Below the pieces are notes generated by a model. The model did not search any database. It saw nothing but the letters and a program-made list of their open reading frames with translations, and was not told the origin of the DNA. A stretch of DNA of 42,539 nt from Phoronis australis. Lineage: Eukaryota; Animalia; Phoronida. A program made the translations under genes and the position numbers. Shown here in pieces: positions 36,936 to 42,539 of this stretch (positions are counted from its first letter, which is position 1; the number at the start of each line of letters is the position of its first letter). Where the stretch lies: the NCBI GenBank assembly GCA_002633005.1, contig NMRA01000108.1, positions 1-42,539 of the forward strand, read 5' to 3'.

Positions 36936-39340
36936 GTATACATAATATGAGAAACTAAACTACTACAGTGGGCAACAATCTGCCACAGATGCAGCAGATG
37001 AATACATCAACCCACGCAACCTTTACTGTGCTTTACAATAGTTAACAGTGTTGCCTGGTGAGAGCTACATGTAACTTGTGTACACTGTGAATTCCGGAGG
37101 GTATTCCATCAAAGGCACTAGTATAGCGGGATGCCCATTTGTATTCAAAATCCAGATATACCCGACCAACCTGAAAAATCTATCAAAATAGGTTGTGAAA
37201 GCTAAATGGCGAAAAAGTTATCCAGCTCAATATTGTATATTTTGAGAATCGGGCAGTCACTTACACTTCTAAATTCTTGATTTTTTAACTAAATGAGATT
37301 TCAAAATTTATGAGTAGTTACTAGAAATTACTGCGAACACAGAAAACATAAGCACACAATCCAATGTCACTTTACCAAACTTGAGAAATAGTTACAATTT
37401 GAGAGCCCCCTGCATTGATTGTCACCGACACAAGCTCAAATTCAAAGACCACAGATATACATGTATATAATGATAGAGTTGGGCCATAACTAAACGTGAC
37501 TTTATGACTTCCTCATGGATAAAAGGCAGTATATGTTTATGCATTAAAATGATTAAATTAGAAACGTAACACACAGTCGATGTGTGACAGCGTGAGTGGC
37601 TTAGAACATCTGAATTTCACACGTTGGATATCAATCGCTGCACCGATTGTGGCCAATCTGACTTCCACAATTCCTGAACATCTCTTGTTGTAGGCTCTGT
37701 ACATGTGTGTAGTTTTATAAACCACAGTACATGGACCACCAACTACTTTTTTTTCTAAAGTGAACATTATGATCTGAGGCATAAGCTGTGACGTCATTAT
37801 TCACTAGCGGCACCTGGTAGACATAGCAACGTTTTTGATTCCGGAAAGTACGTCGTCTGCTAATCATGGTCATTTCGTCAGGATTTGGATCGGCGAATTC
37901 GCCCAACTCTCATTTTTGTTTGATTAAATTGAACGCTCGTAATAGGTTAACTTGTTAAATAAAGCTCATATTAATACTCCAAATATAAACATCAGGCCTA
38001 CTTAAAAACTAACCTCGAGCTTTGCATGCCCACGTCACGTTTCATTTTTAACTCGAATGCACGTCGGTGCTGTTCAAAACTTATGGACTCTACTGTTGGA
38101 AGTCGTTGAACTGCGTTTCAATGTCGGGATTATTTTCGTTGTGCTATGCAGTTAAATAGTTGGAAGAATTTCCCACCGAAATACACACTAACCCGAAGCT
38201 GAGTTTGCTTTGTTTAGAGGATGGCTCCTCCTCTGGGATATTCGCTAGAAAATGTTGGAGTTCTGAATCTGCCGTTTATAATCTATGCAAACAAAATGTC
38301 ACGGGCCAGACGACACAACTTTGTATTCTTCGAAGATCGTCAGTTACAAAATTTAAGCGTTCGACTTCCTATCACAAACGAAATTTGCACGCAAACTAAG
38401 TTTTTTAAAGAATTGTTTGTGTGATATTGATTAAAATACCCTGATCAGGTACAAATTCCCATTTGAATACAGGTTGGACATTGCTGTGCACTCATGCTCC
38501 CGTTTGTCGCAGGGTGTCCGTCTAAACTTGAAGTGAAGAAACCTGCGATTATGATTAATCGCGGTTATTTCTTTGAACCAAATCATAATGTAAGGAAAAA
38601 TTCAGTAAAAACGATCTTGTCCATTTTACATGGATACCTTTTTATTAAATAATTTCTTTGACAATCAAAACAAAAAATGTGGAAGAATTGGGAAAAGTTC
38701 AAAAACAAAAATTACTTATCGCACTACATTCAATTTTTTAAAACTTGAAAAAGTAAATTTTGATGGCATACAAACCTTTAAGTTTTCAGAAAAAATAAGT
38801 TTTCCATACATGAAAAACTTCAGAAGTCTTGAAAACTTAAGTTGCTACAGTGTATAATTGGACAAACTTAAGTTTTGTGAAACGTTTTCGCTATTGACAA
38901 TCTTAAAAATCTAATTAATAAAAACAGATAACGAGTAAACCCCGTTTTAACTGCGAGTATAAATCTAGCAAGCAAAAAAGGACATAACGGTTTAAATGAA
39001 TGGGTGAAAATGGACCAAATTTGGCGGCAGGACATTTTTCGTCTTTGGGCGTCTGTAGGACCCTTTGCAGCAGGATTTTTTTCTGCTATTCGGTCGTCTC
39101 GAAGATGCTTATTTTCCTTTGGGATTGATTTTGATCGCTGATTCGACATTGATAAAATCACTTGAGAAGCACTTTACGGGCTCGCCCATGCAGTATGAGA
39201 CATTTCAGAGTAGCTTCTTAAGCCTGCGCTAGTTTCATTAGAGTATTAGACGTTACAATGTTCGAGGGTGGTTAAAATGAGCTATCCACGGCAACAGCTT
39301 TCTCTGGTTTGGCTCTGCACACGGTGTATATATCTTTTAC

Positions 39341-39546
39341 CTGCTAATTAGTCCAGCCTTGTTGCAGTAATATTTTCCCTCTCCCCCTTCAGGACTGTAG
39401 AAAGCGTTGATATTCCAGCGGTCTTCTGGTATTTCAGTTATGTGATTTTCTCCATTAACGAGGGTCTTCCAGTATTCGTCGACATCGTCACTTCCCGGAA
39501 AGCGACATCCCACGCCAATGATTGCAATTCTATCGCCCCTTTCCAT
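39341..39546 (-). CDS. Type I polyketide synthase (animal PKS), coding exon 1: KS N-terminus
   Basis: MERGDRIAIIGVGCRFPGSDDVDEYWKTLVNGENHITEIPEDRWNINAFYSPEGGEGKYYCNKAGLIS, with the IAIIGxGCRFPG and IPxDRW motifs. ATG in ATCATGG with an in-frame TAA just upstream; donor AG|GTAAAA, phase 2. Confidence 0.93.
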
Positions 39547-39664
39547 GATTTATGTCCATGGTGTCATTTAATTGTAACTGTAAAATACGGTAGAATTTCA
39601 AGGTAAAAGTACAGCCCTCAAAAACACAATTTGCTGAAATACGTTAAGAACTGATGCACAACAA

Positions 39665-39772
39665 GGAAATTATAACTCAGATAGCACAGACAAGCTATTC
39701 GGTAATGACGTAAGTGCACCCATAAGCCTAGGAAAGTTGGCTTCAGTTGGGAAGGAGGCGATGTGACGCAAA
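39665..39772 (-). promoter_or_regulatory. Possible proximal promoter of the PKS gene
   Basis: CRE/ATF-like TGACGTAA (39706) and TGACGCAA (about 39764), with TTATAA (about 39670) about 125 bp upstream of the ATG. An acceptor-like TTTTACAG at 39578-39585 could instead indicate an upstream non-coding exon. Confidence 0.25.
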
Positions 39773-40179
39773 TGTCAGTGCAGTGTCCCTTCCCATTGCG
39801 TCCACCGAGCTAGTTATACCCAAAAATCGACAGAACATAAACTACCCCTTCCGTCCCCAGTACCGTTTTACCACCACATGAACCCAGGCATTAGAAGGCA
39901 GTTACCCCTCCACAAAAGTTTTACATTAGCCAAGATCAGCTGTCGTGACAAGCACAAAAAGAAAGAATCAAAAACTTTAGAATACTCCTGTTTGTCCTTC
40001 CAAACAGCATGTCAACTGATCTTAACAAAATGTGGCTTATTTGTTGTTATCTGAGACTCGTAAATTTCACTAACCCGCCAATAGTTAGTGTTTAAACCGA
40101 AACGATGACGGTACCAAGGAGCATGCATAGGAAAGAATAATAGAATAATCATTTAATACTGAGAAATGAACAGGACATA

Positions 40180-40186
<7 letters not shown>

Positions 40187-40217
<31 letters not shown>
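40187..40217. repeat. (TA)n microsatellite
   Basis: Direct inspection. Confidence 0.97.
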
Positions 40218-40224
<7 letters not shown>

Positions 40225-40622
40225 CATTTATATATGCAGTCCATATTTACATTTATTCATCTATCGCAAAAACGCCATTAGAATTTTCGATATAAAAACA
40301 TAGTTTTGCATAGTGTAACTAACAATACAACTTCTACACTTTTTAATTGGGTTACTCGGCAAAAATATATCTTTTTGAAAAATGAAATAGCTAACACAGT
40401 TACAATATAAAACATTTTTATATTCCCTGAACATTTTTCTTTCACTGGTTTAAACCATAGATTATAGACAACAGATTCGCAACTCCGGCATATTCTTACG
40501 TGCTGAGCTGAACTCTCCTGACTTTTCTGGTGCAGTTTCCGGTTATAGTCGGTGGGCCAGATCTCATAGCGTTCACCCTTGTGAGTACTTGGGGGGGGGC
40601 AACCTAGTTTTTTCTATGTGGC

Positions 40623-42539
40623 TAGATAATGTACCCATAAATCAAATTCCAAAAAGTTCCCACGTTTACACTTGCACGTTTTTTTTAAAAAAAGGTGTTT
40701 TTGTTGCACAAAATATGATGCACATTCCTGCCACTTGATGGCGCTTTTCTATTGAATTGACCAATCAGAGAGCCAGATTGTATTGTTGTGCTTAGTTACT
40801 TCAATATGGCTGCTCCCATGGAGTGTGATGCCTGTATAATTCAAGGTTTATCAAACAGCACAAAATTGTGATGTCAGAGCCTAAAGAAGCTTAGGAAAGC
40901 TTCCTGACGAAAGCTGATTGACTGTGGAACTCTGTAGATCAGTAGATCAAAAAGAAGAGGTGTCACAAACGTTTGTGCAGAAAACACCTGCATGTCCTCG
41001 TAGCCTACACAGTATACTGCTGAGTGCTGTAGACTAGAAGACCAAGTGTCAGACCAAAAAATTGAAAGGACATAGAACGGCATAGCAACGTTTCAAGGCA
41101 CCAACAGTAGTACTAAAGCTGAAATTGCTGAAAGTGATACAGATGTTATCCAAGATTTCCCACGAAAATCAAATTGAATTACTTCCAAAATCTGAAACAC
41201 CCAATTAACCTGAACAAGATAGGAACATTCTGAAACATGAGTGCATCATTTGTTAGCAGGAAAAGTACATTATGGGCCACATTTCAAGAAAGAGAAAGAA
41301 GTATAGCTTTCAAAAACAGGTATACATCTTGGTGTTTTCCATGTGTGTTTCAGTATTATCACCAGTTGTTTTTTAACTTGTTCAGCCCCTTGGCTGCCTA
41401 GGCCTTAGACAATACTGCTGACCCAGTAGAGACGATGATCATAGCATAGGTACTCCATATGCCGGATACTTTTCGGCAAATTATGTTCCTATAAGTTTAG
41501 AAGTACCGCGTAGAGAGATGCCTCTGAGGAGGCCGTTAATGTTTTCATTTGTTCCCAGTTTAAACAAATACTCCTGCAATCCTGTTTTTCGAACACTCCA
41601 TTCAGTTGCCTCATCGACACTGCTTGCGCTAAGGAATAATCCTATGGCGTTATACTTTGGGTGTGATTTTAAAGCACTTTAAGTCAAAAATTTTTGAGAA
41701 GGTTAAATGGAGTAGATGGTTGCAAACAACAGGCCCAAGTGGCCGTCATCCCCTGATGTAGTCTCAATTTTTTTGTAAACATTAATTACTTAGGTAGCTG
41801 CAATGATAATTAAATTAAAGTGTCTAAGTGGCCATCGTCGCCGTCGAAATTTGAGGACGATGGAAGCCACTGTCCATTTCGTCAAACATTGATTACCTTA
41901 AGTGTACATCGATTGACTATGGTTTGAGCATCTGATTTAGAAAAATTAAATTTCAATCATTGCACTGGTATATCAGCTGATTTATTTTCAGTTGCATCAA
42001 CTGATCTAATTATTAGACGATCAACATTATTAGGTTACAGATCAGACGGCATGTAAATTTGTTAGGCTGGTGGTGGATCAGTTCCTGATAAGTCCGTCTG
42101 AAAAAGTTGCATGCCAACTCACTCATAGTTGAATGTTAAATTAGACTAAGTGTTAACAGTTCGGGTTTTTTTCAGTTGGACTTGTATCGCAAGCAACAGC
42201 TCAGTCGAGAGCCCTGAATATGCAAATGAAATTCAAAGATAAAGACCTTGTGTCTTAGAAGCCAAGTACCACAGATCATCATGCTATAAAAAATAGAAAG
42301 ACGACGATTGTGAAGAGTGACGAATTCACAGTTTTCAGAGATGTTTTTCTACAGTTTTGTTTGGAGTTCATTGAATCGAAGCTTTTAACACAAAGAGATG
42401 TCATTTGCCTTTCAAAACTAAAGCAAGACTTTGAAGCTGTTCTTCAGAAAGCTGGTGTGCATGAAGTTATTTGGACAGGCAATCTTAAGAAATATTGTTG
42501 AAGCTACTCACTGTTGTAGTTTGTGCCCGACTAAGAGAT
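40623..42539 (+). mobile_element. Decayed Academ-like DNA transposon, 5' part
   Basis: Candidate terminus TAGATAATGTACCCA; coding remnants RNILKHECIIC (about 41220) and KDLVS/LEAKYHRSSCYKK...FLQFCLEFIESKLL (42241-42400). From recall, the DLxAxEAKYHxxC motif is typical of Academ-type transposases. Confidence 0.5.

Noticed and set aside
37558-37906. Faint resemblance of two minus-strand ORFs to ribosomal protein L18a (THMYRAY, ASDHNV)
   Set aside because: Only scattered residues match and the spacing is wrong; not supportable.
38160-38399. Possible Tc1-type helix-turn-helix remnant (FARKCWSSESAVYNLCKQNVTG)
   Set aside because: The resemblance is weak and I found no TIRs or DDE segment nearby.

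Overview
Intron-rich, transposon-dense eukaryotic DNA, most likely from an invertebrate animal, with one assembly gap of about 200 N (11395-11595). The only host gene I can support is the 5' end of a minus-strand animal-type type I polyketide synthase. Three phase-compatible GT-AG exons (39341-39546, 33413-33573, 24375-24581) encode the ketosynthase N-terminal half through the DTACSSS active site. I could not find the next exon in the remaining 24 kb. The left 16.4 kb is a nested stack. A TTAA-targeting, Kolobok-like DNA transposon (888-16397) contains an inverted copy of its own family (1669-12141), which in turn contains an apparently non-coding TG...CA element of about 4.8 kb (7228-12025). 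The 3' end of that element carries eight stem-loops with a conserved CA-N-Y-T pentaloop and co-varying stems. The rest is decayed THAP/YqaJ (ISL2EU-like), Gypsy, L1/Tx1, CR1 and Academ-like remnants, MITEs, a tRNA-derived SINE head and microsatellites. All alignments were done by eye.
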